Numbered from the stretch's first letter, positions 20,235 through 32,189 are shown. The stretch is 64,000 nt of DNA from an uncultured delta proteobacterium (GCA_963789265.1 CAWBKB010000001.1:2527716-2591715); one strand, 5' to 3'. Program-made: numbers and translations. Notes: generated by a model from the sequence alone, not told the origin.

Positions 20235-23189
20235 TCACCCCGCTGCCCGCTTCTTCCTGTTGCTGGCCCGAGCAGGGACTTTCTTCGTAGTGGTCGCAAA
20301 AGCCAGGGGCTTGGTTTCGGATTCAGCTTCTCCTGCAATGGGATCCACTGAAAATGGGCGATATCCCTTTTCGTTCTTGAGCACCTCTCTAAGGTAAAGG
20401 CCGGTGTAAGAACCGGGTGTAACCGCTATCTTCTCCGGAGATCCGGTGCCGATCAGCTTGCCGCCTTCTTCCCCCCCTTCAGGGCCAAGATCGATGATAT
20501 AGTCGGCAACCTTTATCACGTCCATGTTATGCTCGATCACAACCACCGTGTTACCCGCGTCCACCAGGCTTACCAGCACGTCAAGAAGCTTGCGCACGTC
20601 CGCGAAGTGAAGGCCCGTCGTCGGCTCATCCAGGATGTAGAGAGTTCGGCCGGTACTGCGTTTGGAAAGCTCCTTGGAAAGCTTGATCCGCTGCGCCTCG
20701 CCACCGGAAAGGGTCGTTGCAGGCTGCCCCAGCTTGATGTAGCCAAGCCCGACCGCTTGAACGGTCTGGAGCTTGTTGGCTATGGATGGAATGTTCCCCA
20801 TGAATTCGTACGCCTGGCTCACGGTCATGTCCAGGACATCCGATATGTTTTTTCCCTTGTATTTGATGTCGAGGGTTTCACGATTGTAACGCTTTCCATG
20901 ACAAACGTCGCACTTCACGTAAACGTCCGGCAGAAAGTGCATTTCAATTTTTATGATCCCATCCCCACGACAGGCTTCGCACCGCCCTCCTTTGACGTTG
21001 AAACTGTAACGACCCGGCTTGTAGCCTCGAACGCGAGACTCGGGGATGTTGGCGAATAGGTCTCGAACGAACGTGAACACACCCGTGTACGTCGCAGGGT
21101 TGGACCGAGGTGTCCGCCCTATGGGGCTCTGGTCGATGTCAATAACCTTGTCGATGAAAGAAATGCCTTCGATCGCGTCCACTTCTCCCGCTTTCTGTCG
21201 GCTGCGGTAAAGCCGCTGTGACAGGACTCGATGCAAAATGTCCACCACGAGGGTACTCTTGCCGGAGCCGGACACTCCGGTCACGCACGTGAACAGTCCC
21301 AGAGGGATAGCCACATCAATCCCTTTGAGATTATTGGCACGGGCTCCCCGTATGACAAGCTTCTTTCTGCCGGGCGTGCGTCGACGCTGCGGTATGGGGA
21401 TGAACTCTCGACCGGACAAGTACTTTCCGGTCAACGATGTCTCAGATTCCAGAATATCCTCCGGCCTTCCCGAAAAGACGACTTCCCCACCCATCCGGCC
21501 TGCACCCGGGCCCATGTCAATCACGTGATCCGCGCTGAGAATCGTCTCCGGATCGTGTTCGACCACGAGCACTGAGTTCCCTTGGTCTCTGAGGTTCACA
21601 AGTGTCGAGAGAAGGCGCTGGTTGTCCCGCTGGTGAAGTCCGATGCTCGGCTCATCGAGTATATAGAGGACACCTACAAGAGAAGAGCCGACCTGCGTCG
21701 CCAGCCTGATCCTCTGAGATTCGCCCCCGGAAAGCGTCGCCGAACTCCTGTCCAGAGTGAGATAGCCCAGGCCGACCTTTTCCAGGAAGCCAAGACGATC
21801 GCGTATCTCTTTGAGCACTCGTCGGGCGATTTCCATGCGCCGGTCGTCCAGCTTGAGATCCGCTATAAAGTCCGAGGCCTGCCGAACTGAAAGAGCGGTC
21901 AACTTGTGTATGGGCATGTCCCCCATCAGCACGAACCGAGCCTCTTTTTTCAGCCGCGCTCCGCCGCATGAGGGGCACGCGACCATGCTCATGTACCGCC
22001 CTAATTCATCATCCAAGTTGTCCTTTTCTGCTTCGCGATATCTGCGGTCCAGGTTCGGGATAGCCCCCTCGTAGGTCTTCCGGAAGAAGTGCCTTCGGCC
22101 ATCCCGCTCATAATAGAAATCAATCTCTTCTTCGCCTGAGCCGAAGAGAAGCATGTTCTGTATTTTTTGGGGGAGTTCTCCGAACGGCGTGTCGATGTCA
22201 AAGCTGTAATGCTTCGCCAGGGCGTCAAGCATCTGATAGTAGAAGATCGAACTGCGATGAGCCCAAGGAGCAATGGCTCCCCGTCGAAGGGACAGGCCGG
22301 GATCGGGGACCACAAGATCCGGATCGAATAGTACCTGAATGCCTAACCCGCCGCACGCTTCACACGCGCCGAAAGGGTTGTTGAAGGAGAATAATCTGGG
22401 AGATATTTCTCCTAAAGATACCCCGTGCTCGGGACAAGCAAAATTCTCACTGAAGAGGTGGATCGGACCGCCCTCCTCTTCCACCAGGGCTGTCCCTTGA
22501 CCCAGACGCACCGACGTCTCCAGGGAATCTGCGAGGCGCTTTTCTATTCCGTGCTTAACCACCAGGCGATCCACCACCACCTCGATGGAATGTTTCTTCT
22601 TTTTGTCCAGGCGAATCTCTTCAGAAAGGTCCCGGGGCTCGCCGTCGACCTTCACCCGGACAAACCCCTCCCGCGCCAGGTGCTGCAACTCCTTGTGGTA
22701 CTCCCCTTTGCGGCCGCTCACCACGGGTGCCATTAAGTGAACCCTGGTCCCCGTGGGGAATTCCATTATCCGGTCGACCATTTGCTGAATGGTCATGGAA
22801 CTTATAGGGCGCCCGCACTCCCAGCAATGAGGAATTCCCACTCGAGCGTACAGTAATCGCAGATAATCATATACTTCTGTAACCGTACCAACTGTGGAAC
22901 GCGGGTTTTTCGATGTGGTCTTCTGCTCGATACTAATAGCCGGAGACAGACCTTCAATCAGATCGACATCCGGCTTGTCCATCATCTCCAGAAACTGTCG
23001 CGCGTACGCTGACAGTGATTCGACGTATCGCCGCTGCCCTTCGGCATAGATGGTATCAAACGCCAGCGTAGACTTCCCGGATCCCGACAAGCCGGTGATA
23101 ACGACCAGCTTGTCCCGGGGAATCTTTAGGTCAATATTCTTGAGATTATGTTCTCGAGCCCCTCTGATGACTATTTCTTTTGCTGCCAC
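20235..23189 (-). CDS. uvrA: Excinuclease ABC subunit A
   Basis: GAREHNLKN, two Walker A motifs ([16 protein letters not shown]), LSGGE x2, zinc fingers. Confidence 0.98.
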   Translation of the reverse strand: MAAKEIVIRGAREHNLKNIDLKIPRDKLVVITGLSGSGKSTLAFDTIYAEGQRRYVESLSAYARQFLEMMDKPDVDLIEGLSPAISIEQKTTSKNPRSTVGTVTEVYDYLRLLYARVGIPHCWECGRPISSMTIQQMVDRIMEFPTGTRVHLMAPVVSGRKGEYHKELQHLAREGFVRVKVDGEPRDLSEEIRLDKKKKHSIEVVVDRLVVKHGIEKRLADSLETSVRLGQGTALVEEEGGPIHLFSENFACPEHGVSLGEISPRLFSFNNPFGACEACGGLGIQVLFDPDLVVPDPGLSLRRGAIAPWAHRSSIFYYQMLDALAKHYSFDIDTPFGELPQKIQNMLLFGSGEEEIDFYYERDGRRHFFRKTYEGAIPNLDRRYREAEKDNLDDELGRYMSMVACPSCGGARLKKEARFVLMGDMPIHKLTALSVRQASDFIADLKLDDRRMEIARRVLKEIRDRLGFLEKVGLGYLTLDRSSATLSGGESQRIRLATQVGSSLVGVLYILDEPSIGLHQRDNQRLLSTLVNLRDQGNSVLVVEHDPETILSADHVIDMGPGAGRMGGEVVFSGRPEDILESETSLTGKYLSGREFIPIPQRRRTPGRKKLVIRGARANNLKGIDVAIPLGLFTCVTGVSGSGKSTLVVDILHRVLSQRLYRSRQKAGEVDAIEGISFIDKVIDIDQSPIGRTPRSNPATYTGVFTFVRDLFANIPESRVRGYKPGRYSFNVKGGRCEACRGDGIIKIEMHFLPDVYVKCDVCHGKRYNRETLDIKYKGKNISDVLDMTVSQAYEFMGNIPSIANKLQTVQAVGLGYIKLGQPATTLSGGEAQRIKLSKELSKRSTGRTLYILDEPTTGLHFADVRKLLDVLVSLVDAGNTVVVIEHNMDVIKVADYIIDLGPEGGEEGGKLIGTGSPEKIAVTPGSYTGLYLREVLKNEKGYRPFSVDPIAGEAESETKPLAFATTTKKVPARASNRKKRAAG

Positions 23190-23529
23190 TTTAGATCCTG
23201 ACCTCTATGGGGACACAGAAATTATTCTAGGCGAGCGCGCGGGCCTTGCTACATAAGACCACCCGAGAGTGCATCAAGGTTCCGAAGAGGCCGCCTCGGC
23301 TTTCGGAACGCACTATAATAAATGACCTTCCGAGTGTGAGCCCGGAGCCTACCAGCAACAGTGCAAGAAATGCAGAAAGAAGTCGCCTCCCCGATGCCGG
23401 CCAACTCGTCGGAACATTCATTATCTATTTTTTTTCTTTTTCATCAGCGTGATATCCAAAAACTATAAACTATTTCTTGACTCAGTGTTTGGGACGTGTT
23501 ATCTGCGCATTGTTTTCTGAGAGGCGGGC

Positions 23530-24006
23530 ATGTCGGACCCCCTCTCGTGTTTCACCTTTCCTGTAGGAGGTATGGTTATGCTGTTCTCTTTTTGTAATCC
23601 GGCCGCTGGAGTTTCCGAACCTCCCGGTGACTTCAACAGCAATTACCGTTATCTAAAAAAACTTATTAACCAGGCCCTTAAGGAGGGGACTCCCATAGAG
23701 GACCTTAACCTGGTCCCAAGACACTGTTCCACTTCTCCGCCCAGGAAGCTCTCCCGAGAAGATCTCCTCAAGCTCCTGCACACAATCAGGAGGATCAAAA
23801 CCCGCTATCAGAGACTATTGCAGTCTCCGGTTCCCCGAGAACTGGAAAGGGACATCCTGGCGAAGTCGCCCGAACAACGTTTACCCTGGGAGAACGAGGC
23901 CCTGGAAAAGGCAGAACAGTGGCGGCTGGCCGTGAATGCCGTTCGCTCACAGGTCCAAGCGGAATTGAACGACCACCTTAAAGGGGAGTTTTTTCGCGGA
24001 CTTTGA
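23530..24006 (+). CDS. Hypothetical protein
   Basis: 158-aa ORF filling the gap; AGGAGG SD before ATG at 23572 suggests a slightly later start. Confidence 0.6.
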   Translation: MSDPLSCFTFPVGGMVMLFSFCNPAAGVSEPPGDFNSNYRYLKKLINQALKEGTPIEDLNLVPRHCSTSPPRKLSREDLLKLLHTIRRIKTRYQRLLQSPVPRELERDILAKSPEQRLPWENEALEKAEQWRLAVNAVRSQVQAELNDHLKGEFFRGL

Positions 24007-24033
24007 ACCGACCAAAGCCTTCCCAGTGACGGA

Positions 24034-25126
24034 CTATTCCGGGTACTGATCAAAAAGCTTTCCCCATTTGCTCGTCTTCTTGAAGGCCTGCATTTGGGGT
24101 TTTGCTTTTAGGGGCCAATATACATAATCGTGATAAAAAAAGGATCCGAAAACGAAAGCATAAACCAGAGGGGTCCTGAAAAATAGCTTCTGAAGAGGTC
24201 TCAGCGGCCCGAACCAGATAAAGTTTCCCACTGCGGAAGCAGCGTTGTTTCCCACAGTGAAGCCCCAGTCCTCTTGTGAAATATCTTCGCCCACAACCTC
24301 AATCTCTTCCAGAAGCCCCTTACCCAAGCCGGATTCATGGGCTATGCGAATGAACTTCAGGGTCATGGGGTCAAACCCCATCATCTTGGCTGCTACAGCA
24401 TCTATGGCCGTGCTATCGCCGGCAGCGAGAATCAAATCCTTTTCCACAGGGAACATGGTCCGGGGACCGGGTCCCCTACCGCAGACTGTTCCGTCCATGA
24501 CGGTAAAGATCCCGGCGTGAATCTCCTTTTGGATGTCAAGCAGATCATTTAGGGTCTCATGGATCACCGAGTGAGTATAATGGCGTCTTGAAGTGAGCAG
24601 CCCACCAAAGGCGTTCTTCATGGATCCCGTAGTCCCCGTATATATGTGACACTTGACAGTGGGGAGATGGTACTATGTTTTTTCCTATGAAGTACTCCGG
24701 AATCCGCATGCCGTCAGGGAAAATTTCGTTGAGAACGCGCATCCGGGCCTTGGGTGTGTATGCGGTCCAGCGGACATCAGTTTCTTTGAAATTGTAAAGT
24801 ACCGGAATCTTGTACCTGTCAAAGATCGGCACATACTTGTTCAGCCGCTCACCTTTCCACGCGTTGGTCACGACTGTTTCGTTCTGCACACAAACGATCT
24901 TTTCGTAACCCGCGTCCTTTAGAGCAAGTATCACCCCTTCCAGTTGCCAGGGCGTGGTGTTTGCGCCTAGAAAGGGAAAGTGCCAAGAGATGTTGTCCTT
25001 GAGAATTACCGGCGCGGATGGATCGAGATAATCTCGAAAACGAGCCTGCTCCATCGCGACCCTAACGTCTTGCAGCACGGTTTCAGGTTGTGTTCTCTTG
25101 ACGGCTACTATCGGCTTTTCGTTCAT
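24034..25126 (-). CDS. DUF362 domain protein, +1 frameshift near 24669
   Basis: LKDNISWH..GANTTPWQLEG; rejoined VHLPTVKCHIY..TTGSMKNAFGGLL; DGT..G.GPGPR; AIDAVAAKMMGFDP. Confidence 0.85.
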
Positions 25127-25147
25127 CTTCTCCTCTGTTGGATCTAA

Positions 25148-26161
25148 TCAATCTAGGGACTCTTTGAAAACTCGTCCCAAGACACCCAGAATATGCAGGC
25201 CCTTATTGGACTCGCCGAAATCGCCGAAGGAGCCTGACAGCACGGCGGCGTCGCTTTTGGACTCTGCTCCCTTGAGCTTCATGAGTATTTCCTCGTCTTT
25301 CAGTCTCTCGATGTCCGCGGCTTTGGCCTTTTGCAAACCCCCGTGGGCCACGAAGTCCATGATCTTTTCCATTTCACCCGGATCAAACCATATACCGTGC
25401 CCGTGACAAGTATCTATGATGATGCCGGAAATTTTGGCGAAATTTGTCCTGTTCATCATATTTCGGCAGACCGGGCATCTCACGTACCGAACCGTGGCCG
25501 CAGGCGACACTTGCGCCTTTTGAGCCGGGCTTATGGGAAATACTACCCTATCCGATCTGTCTTGCATCATTTCAAACGTTTCGTCGGGAATGAAGAAACC
25601 TCCACACTGACGGCATCCGACCACTGAAAAGTCCCCGATCTGCACTTCCCGCATCGGGACCTCGCAACGAGGGCATAGTCGATTCTCCAGGATCGCACCC
25701 TCATGTTCGACTCCCTCCAACGGCCGCGCGCAGCGTATGCAAAACCGGGCGTCAGCCGGGGTCGCGGCAAAGCAGTGGGGGCAATGGATAGTCTTTCCTC
25801 CGAGTGAGAAGTCCAGGTGCGCCCCACAGTACTCGCAAGCCTTGACTCCGCGTTCCACCGAAGCCCCACACGAAGGGCAGTGGAGAACTAATCCAGTGTC
25901 AAGGCTCACTGACTCCTTTCTTTCCAATTCGGAATCATGTGATCCTCCTGTGCGGCCAAATCGGATTCTCAAGTTTTCTTCCCGTTTGGAGAGAGTTTCC
26001 GGTGTAATCTCACCTCTTCCCTTGAGGATTCCCACAACGCGGGTCATCTGAGAGTGACCCAGGGAAAACTTCTGTTGCAACTCCTCTTCCGAACAGCCCC
26101 GAATGAAATCATCAAGGAAGCTCTTTACGTTTACTCTTTTTCCGCTTTCGTCTCGGCTCAC
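25148..26161 (-). CDS. Multi zinc-ribbon protein (double zinc ribbon + TFIIB-type zinc fingers)
   Basis: Seven CxxC plus a CxxH: CPSC, CEYC, CPHC, CIRC, CPRC, CRQC, CPVC, CHGH; GIWFDPGE. Confidence 0.8.
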   Translation of the reverse strand: MSRDESGKRVNVKSFLDDFIRGCSEEELQQKFSLGHSQMTRVVGILKGRGEITPETLSKREENLRIRFGRTGGSHDSELERKESVSLDTGLVLHCPSCGASVERGVKACEYCGAHLDFSLGGKTIHCPHCFAATPADARFCIRCARPLEGVEHEGAILENRLCPRCEVPMREVQIGDFSVVGCRQCGGFFIPDETFEMMQDRSDRVVFPISPAQKAQVSPAATVRYVRCPVCRNMMNRTNFAKISGIIIDTCHGHGIWFDPGEMEKIMDFVAHGGLQKAKAADIERLKDEEILMKLKGAESKSDAAVLSGSFGDFGESNKGLHILGVLGRVFKESLD

Positions 26162-26342
26162 GCTGGACCTCGCAAGGTGTCGCTACCATCGGATACATGA
26201 TACCCTCGTACGCACTCGATATTCAACCATGTAGTGGGGCTACCGGAAACGACATCGTACCGCAATATCGGACCTCGACTGATTGGCCGATTCTACGCGA
26301 TCGTACGTTTCGGGCCCGGCTTCTGAAAGGGCTCGACGAATC

Positions 26343-26371
26343 TTGACAAAGGCTCGTGTTGAAGGTATTTT
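26343..26371 (+). promoter_or_regulatory. Sigma70-type promoter of tRNA-Lys
   Basis: TTGACA-17 bp-TATTTT ending 15 nt before the tRNA. Confidence 0.6.
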
Positions 26372-26385
26372 TAGACCTTCCGGGA

Positions 26386-26461
26386 GGGCCGTTAGCTCAA
26401 CTGGTAGAGCAACTGACTCTTAATCAGTAGGTTTGGGGTTCGAGCCCCCGACGGCCCACCA
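26386..26461 (+). tRNA. tRNA-Lys(CTT)
   Basis: 76 nt; GGGCCGT/ACGGCCC acceptor stem, anticodon arm CTGA-CTCTTAA-TCAG, GTTCGA T loop, CCA end. Confidence 0.96.
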
Positions 26462-26468
26462 AAAAGAC

Positions 26469-27611
26469 TCAACATTCCGCTATGTTGGTAACACAATTGT
26501 GGCGGATGTTTTTCTTTAGGATAATGAGTGCGGGACTTTTGCGGGACTCCTCACCACAGATCTTGTTCGCCGCGAGGGTTAGGTTCTCCAGTTCCGCTTG
26601 AGAATAGTGGGTGGTAATACGGGCCGACTTGTGACCCAACAGATCTTGGCGGTCTTCAAAGCAAACGCCGGCAGCCCGCAACCTTCGCCCAAAAGTATGT
26701 TTGAGGTCGTGAACTCGTACATCAGGTAATCCTGCCCTCTCCCTTGCCGACCTCCATGCCTCTCGACACATTTTACGGACCGGCCTGCCTTTACTGTTTA
26801 CAAAGATGAATCCCTTATGCTGGCCTCGCATCTCTTCGATCACTGCCTTCGCAACTCGATTTAGGACCACTAGTCTATCCTCTCGATTCTTAACCCTGTG
26901 GGCAGGAATAATGAAGAGGCTGGTATCAAGTTCGGGTACGCGTACCTCACACTCCCATCGGAGATTACATACCTCTTGATCACGGCATACCGTATTGACT
27001 GCAAATAGAGCCATTTTTGCCAGGTAAGGGAGTAGCTGATTGAAGAGACGGACCTGCTCCTGCCATGACAACGGGTAAGGCTCCTTCTTATCGTCTTCCC
27101 TCAGCAATTTGATTTTAGGAGCGTGAGCCAGCCACGTCATACCGAACTCATCCATCCATTCCCGCGAGGCAAGGTTAAGTATATGGCGAACAGTCTGGAG
27201 CGCGTAGTTGATCGTACGCGCTTTAATTATCTTTTTCCTGTCTTCTTTCTTGCCCTTTAGAGCCCGCTTCCGCGCGTCAATGAACGGTTGCAGACTCCCC
27301 ATGTGGACCGCTTCCAACTGCAAATCTCCTATGAATGGATCCAGCTGTGCCAAGTGACGCGCGTCTTCGCGCAGGGTGGCTTTAGACGCTTCGTTGAGAT
27401 ATTTCGTCGCAGCTTGACGCCACGTGCGCTTGGGCCGTACGCCGAATATGTCAGCCTGCCGGACCTCATCTATACGACGAGCTAGATACTCTTCCGCTTT
27501 CTCGATTTCGCTTTCCCCAGTGCTCTCGCAAATTCTTCTTCCTCGGACAATTTTGTCGATATGCCAGATGCCCTTCCAGTTGATAAGACCGACGACTTTC
27601 TTTCGTCCCAT
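26469..27611 (-). CDS. Tyrosine recombinase / phage-type integrase
   Basis: NT(V)CRDQEV, KNRE.R, HDLKHTFGRRL, LLGH, ITTHY; 3' end abuts tRNA-Lys. Confidence 0.92.
   Translation of the reverse strand: MGRKKVVGLINWKGIWHIDKIVRGRRICESTGESEIEKAEEYLARRIDEVRQADIFGVRPKRTWRQAATKYLNEASKATLREDARHLAQLDPFIGDLQLEAVHMGSLQPFIDARKRALKGKKEDRKKIIKARTINYALQTVRHILNLASREWMDEFGMTWLAHAPKIKLLREDDKKEPYPLSWQEQVRLFNQLLPYLAKMALFAVNTVCRDQEVCNLRWECEVRVPELDTSLFIIPAHRVKNREDRLVVLNRVAKAVIEEMRGQHKGFIFVNSKGRPVRKMCREAWRSARERAGLPDVRVHDLKHTFGRRLRAAGVCFEDRQDLLGHKSARITTHYSQAELENLTLAANKICGEESRKSPALIILKKNIRHNCVTNIAEC
26529..26548. repeat. Direct repeat TGCGGGACT x2 (candidate integrase arm-type site)
   Basis: TGCGGGACT-TT-TGCGGGACT about 70 bp from the tRNA 3' end. 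Confidence 0.5.
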
Positions 27612-27838
27612 GGCTTATTTACACCTTTCTGCTTGCCGGGACGACCGTTGCGAGCCTTATACTCTTCAAACAAGTTGTCCAAGTCAAGCCGATCAAATCC
27701 AACGCCCTGATCTCCGATGGGGAATTCGGTCAGGGAGGGACGGACTTCTCGATCAAATCGATTCTTGTACATTCCCAGATACGTAGCTGCGTGCCTGAGT
27801 CGAATCACCCTTGGCATTAGGATTACGTTGGATGCCAT
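27482..27838 (-). CDS. Excisionase-like DNA-binding protein overlapping the integrase start
   Basis: PRVIRLRHAATYLGM..NRFD.EVRP...FDRLDLD; SD GAGGGAGG. Confidence 0.7.
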   Translation of the reverse strand: MASNVILMPRVIRLRHAATYLGMYKNRFDREVRPSLTEFPIGDQGVGFDRLDLDNLFEEYKARNGRPGKQKGVNKPWDERKSSVLSTGRASGISTKLSEEEEFARALGKAKSRKRKSI

Positions 27839-28018
27839 ATCCTCCCTCACCGTATTCATCGGGGCGTGAACATTTCCCCGAATAAAAAACCCGCTCTCGC
27901 CTGAGTGGCGGGAACGGGTCATGAGAGTCCCTTGCACTTTTAGCGAGAATTTCTAACGCGCCTTAGCAAGCCATGCTTCAAATCGGCGCCAAACCATTTT
28001 TTTATGATGACAAACTTC

Positions 28019-29032
28019 TCAAAGTCGTCCCGACCTATGTTTGCTTCCCACTCCTTGATAAGCCAATTTCAAGCTGCCTTCGGCAAGTTGAGCCAATCTT
28101 CCTCCAGGGCTTTCTGAAGATTCGGATTCAACCACAGACATTCTGTCTTGAGAACTTTCAGTCCCTTTGGGGTCGGGATCGTCTTCATTTTCGTCGCGGT
28201 TTTCAGCCTGGTCCATTTCCAACAGAACCTTGGAGATCTGCGATTGAGAAAGGCCCTTTGCTTTAGGAAGCTTCTCCTTGAGCTCCTGGGATATCTTTGC
28301 CTCAGAAGCCCCTTGCGCGTGGAGTTCCACAATCAACTCTTCCTTGTCTTATTAAAAATCCTCAACTAGATCGCTTACATAAGCCTTGAAGACCTTACGG
28401 CTAATCTTGATGAGCTTCGCCAATTCTTGGACCGGAGCGCCTGGATTGTCCTGGTACACCTGACGAGCTATCTTCTTGTAGTCTTCGGATGTGAGGGGCT
28501 TGCCGTGCTTCAGGTTGTCTTTCATGGCGAAGATCATTGGATGTATATCCGGTGGGATGGGGTCGATGGAGCACACCAAGCTGTTCAATTCAGTGTCCGA
28601 GATAGGTGGCAAAGGATCGTCGTAAAAGTCCCCAACGAGTTTGCCAGTGTACACGTCTCGGCGAAGGTAGTACGCCTCGAAACGGTGTACGCGTTTCAAG
28701 ACTCTGTATTTCTCTTTCCCTATGGCCTCTATTGTGATCGGCGGAGGCCGTTCTCCACGGATGAGAGCGGCTGCATACTGTTTCACGGTGTACTTGTCCA
28801 ACGAGGCACGAGGGAATATAGAGCCGTCAACTTCGATCTGATCCAAGGGAACTCTTGTGGAGCCATCCGTCCTAATTTCGGATTCGGGATTGGGGGTTGC
28901 AGACATGTGAGAAGGAGCCGTATCTCCCTCGGTCTCAGTATACGAGTTTTCCGCTCCTGTTTTTGGGCCATTTGGGTGACGTTCCGGAACAGGAACGGTC
29001 AAGTTTTCCCCTTGAATTGCTTGTGCTTTCAA
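28019..29032 (-). pseudogene. ParB-N-like + HTH protein interrupted by in-frame TAA TAA
   Basis: FPR..LD..TV..YA..L..GE.PPPI..HRFEAY and NLKHGKPLT..D motifs. The 28019-28336 ORF is in the same frame after two stops at 28349-28354. Confidence 0.6.
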
Positions 29033-29131
29033 CTTTCATGCCTCCTCTTTTTGAGATGTAGGCGTGACGCCAACTTCTTTTCAACGGAGCCGGAACAATC
29101 GGAAGAGACCCAGAGATATATCGACGGCAGA

Positions 29132-29377
29132 ATGGATGTGGAAAGCCTCAGGCTTGAACTTGCTAAGAGAGTGGAAGCGGAAAAGCAAGGCACGAAGAGG
29201 CGAGCAAAATTCGCACGCCAATATGACTTGTTCGTGAATCTGCACCGGTTACTAGGGGAAGTGGACTCAGAAAAGAAGGCATTCAGGATTCTTTCGCAAC
29301 AGCTAGGAGTCAATCAGAAGACTGTACTTCGAGACCTTGCCGCGATCAGGATGTACTTGAGTTCTCTCTTTCAATAG
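29132..29377 (+). CDS. Small HTH protein (sigma region-4-like fragment)
   Basis: C-terminal LSQQLGVNQKTVLRDLAAIR; lies directly upstream of a ZAS-motif gene. Confidence 0.45.
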   Translation: MDVESLRLELAKRVEAEKQGTKRRAKFARQYDLFVNLHRLLGEVDSEKKAFRILSQQLGVNQKTVLRDLAAIRMYLSSLFQ

Positions 29378-29396
29378 TCAAAAAGGACAAAGGACC

Positions 29397-29732
29397 ATGT
29401 TTTTTTTCTTTTTTCCGCAATTTGCCGAAGCTTTGAAAAGCGACAAAACTTTTATGGACCTGCTGCGGCGCGATGCTCAGTCCAAAAAAAGCGAGCAGAA
29501 GGTCGCTCTATTCTTTCATCCAGACGTGGACACGCTTCACGACTATGTCCTCGGATCCCTGAGTAACGAACGGATGAGAAAAGTAATGGATCACGTCTCT
29601 GAATGTGAGAAGTGTGCGCGCAAGGCGCTAGAAATAAGACGATTAGATAAAGAAATGACGAAGGATTTGCGGCATTGGCTAAGAGGTCCAGGGTCCGAAC
29701 CCAAAGACTCTTCATACGAGGAACCCAAGTAG
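29397..29732 (+). CDS. zf-HC2 (zinc anti-sigma-like) domain protein
   Basis: HPD...L..YV.G.L......V..HVSECEKC (H...HxxxCxxC). Confidence 0.7.
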   Translation: MFFFFFPQFAEALKSDKTFMDLLRRDAQSKKSEQKVALFFHPDVDTLHDYVLGSLSNERMRKVMDHVSECEKCARKALEIRRLDKEMTKDLRHWLRGPGSEPKDSSYEEPK

Positions 29733-29948
29733 GTGCGTATAGCTGTATTGGCCTCCCATTAATAATCTTTTATAAGATGTTCGTCACCGAACGCCGCCTG
29801 CCGGGTGAATGAATTGTGTCGAGTTCAGTGGAGCCCTTTACCGGAAATGACCCTCGGCACATTTCCGGTAAACTAATAGGCTGAAATGCGGATGACCGGT
29901 CTTGAGAATTCTGGATAGCCAGGTGGTTGATATGTGGCCTGTTTATTT

Positions 29949-29992
29949 TGGCGTCCCCAAGGGGATTTGAACCCCTGTCGCCGGCGTCAAAG
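29949..29992 (-). other. 3' fragment of tRNA-Glu (integration att site)
   Basis: Reverse complement CTTTGACGCCGGCGACAGGGGTTCAAATCCCCTTGGGGACGCCA gives T arm + acceptor + CCA typical of tRNA-Glu; 5' half absent. Confidence 0.8.
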
Positions 29993-30120
29993 AAATCTTA
30001 CATAGTTTCGATATGTTATTATGAACGCCTTTTCTGCTAAGTATTTCAGGACTTGCCGATTTTAGACATGAATGAATTATAGATCTTTTTTCCCTTTTTG
30101 GGAAGATTTTTTCCAAAAAA

Positions 30121-30143
30121 GGCCCCCATGAGGGCCCCCATGA
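30121..30143. repeat. Direct repeat GGCCCCCATGA x2 (candidate arm-type site)
   Basis: 11-bp perfect direct repeat about 130 bp from the tRNA-Glu fragment. Confidence 0.55.
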
Positions 30144-30353
30144 ATTCATGACCCGGCGATGTCCCCCCTTTCCCTCTCAGGTCGCTGGGTAATATGTTGT
30201 GTAATTGTCGCCAACCCTGCCGTTTGACCAGTGGCTAATTCGTGCCATAACTATATCACCCATACCGTTTAGCAAGCTCCACAATCTCGTGTCGAAGTCT
30301 CTGTACGGCATCTTGATGTTCGGGTACGAGCCCTTGGGCAGATCTCGGCTGAC

Positions 30354-30788
30354 TCACTGCCCGACATGCACGCCTCTCCGACACTCTCAGTTCCTCACGC
30401 AGGTGCGAAACACATCTTCGGCGGCGCTCGGGGCTTAGTAGTTTCCCTCAAGCGCCTCCCTCAAGATAAGCTTGTCCAGAGTCAAGTCGGCAACTGCCCG
30501 CTTCAATCGAGCATTCTCCTGTTCAAGCTCCTTCAGACGCCTGGCCTGAGATACCTCCATACCGCCATACTCTTTCCTCCACCGGTAATAGGTCTGCTCG
30601 GTAATCCCCAACTCTCGGCTCACCGGCTTGACGCTTTTACCCTGTGACAGATGGACCTCCGCCTCCCGAAGCATCCTGATGATCTGCTCCACTGTAAAAC
30701 GATTCCGCTTCATTCTGACCTCCATATTTAGCCCAGGTCTTACTCTATACTAACTTAGAACTTGGACCAGTTTTTGGGGGTCAGGCCA
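30354..30788 (-). mobile_element. IS3-family (IS407-group-like) remnant: left IR, intact orfA, truncated orfB
   Basis: IR TGGCCTGACCCCCAAAAACTGGTCCA (30763-30788); orfA 30435-30713 MKRNRFTVEQII..LKELEQENARLK; GGGAAAC frameshift site 30441-30447; orfB LSPERRR..VSERRACRVVGQ stops at 30354. Confidence 0.88.
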
Positions 30789-31054
30789 TTTGGGGGCAAG
30801 CCACACAGGTGATCAACTGATGGCTTCCACGATGTGTGCTGAGCAAGTTCAATAGGCGGTCTTCCGGATATGCCTTTATCGTGTCGATTCGGAACATATC
30901 GCTTCCTGTCAGTTTCTGAATCATTGTTGCTGCCACTTCGGTGTTCCCGATAGGCAAATTTACGATATTCCCGTTGACATAATTGTTTCCCGCTCGGGAA
31001 AAACAGAAAAATAGGCGATTAGGCGTTTGGTTTCATTCATCATTTGTCTCCAAA

Positions 31055-32077
<1,023 letters not shown>

Positions 32078-32189
32078 TTACCGTTGCCTTAAGCGAGTTT
32101 GAATCCGTGCGACTGCAAATCATACGTTTGTGATGCAAAATTGTGTCGAAATGCTGACAGAGTGCTCTTTCACCTGTCGGAACAGTTCA

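Noticed and set aside
23227..23421. 64-aa hydrophobic ORF upstream of uvrA
   Set aside because: No clear SD or family motif; may be spurious.
28427..29131. N-terminal part of the 316-aa plus-strand ORF 28427-29377
   Set aside because: Antisense to the ParB-like gene; only the last ~81 aa look protein-like.
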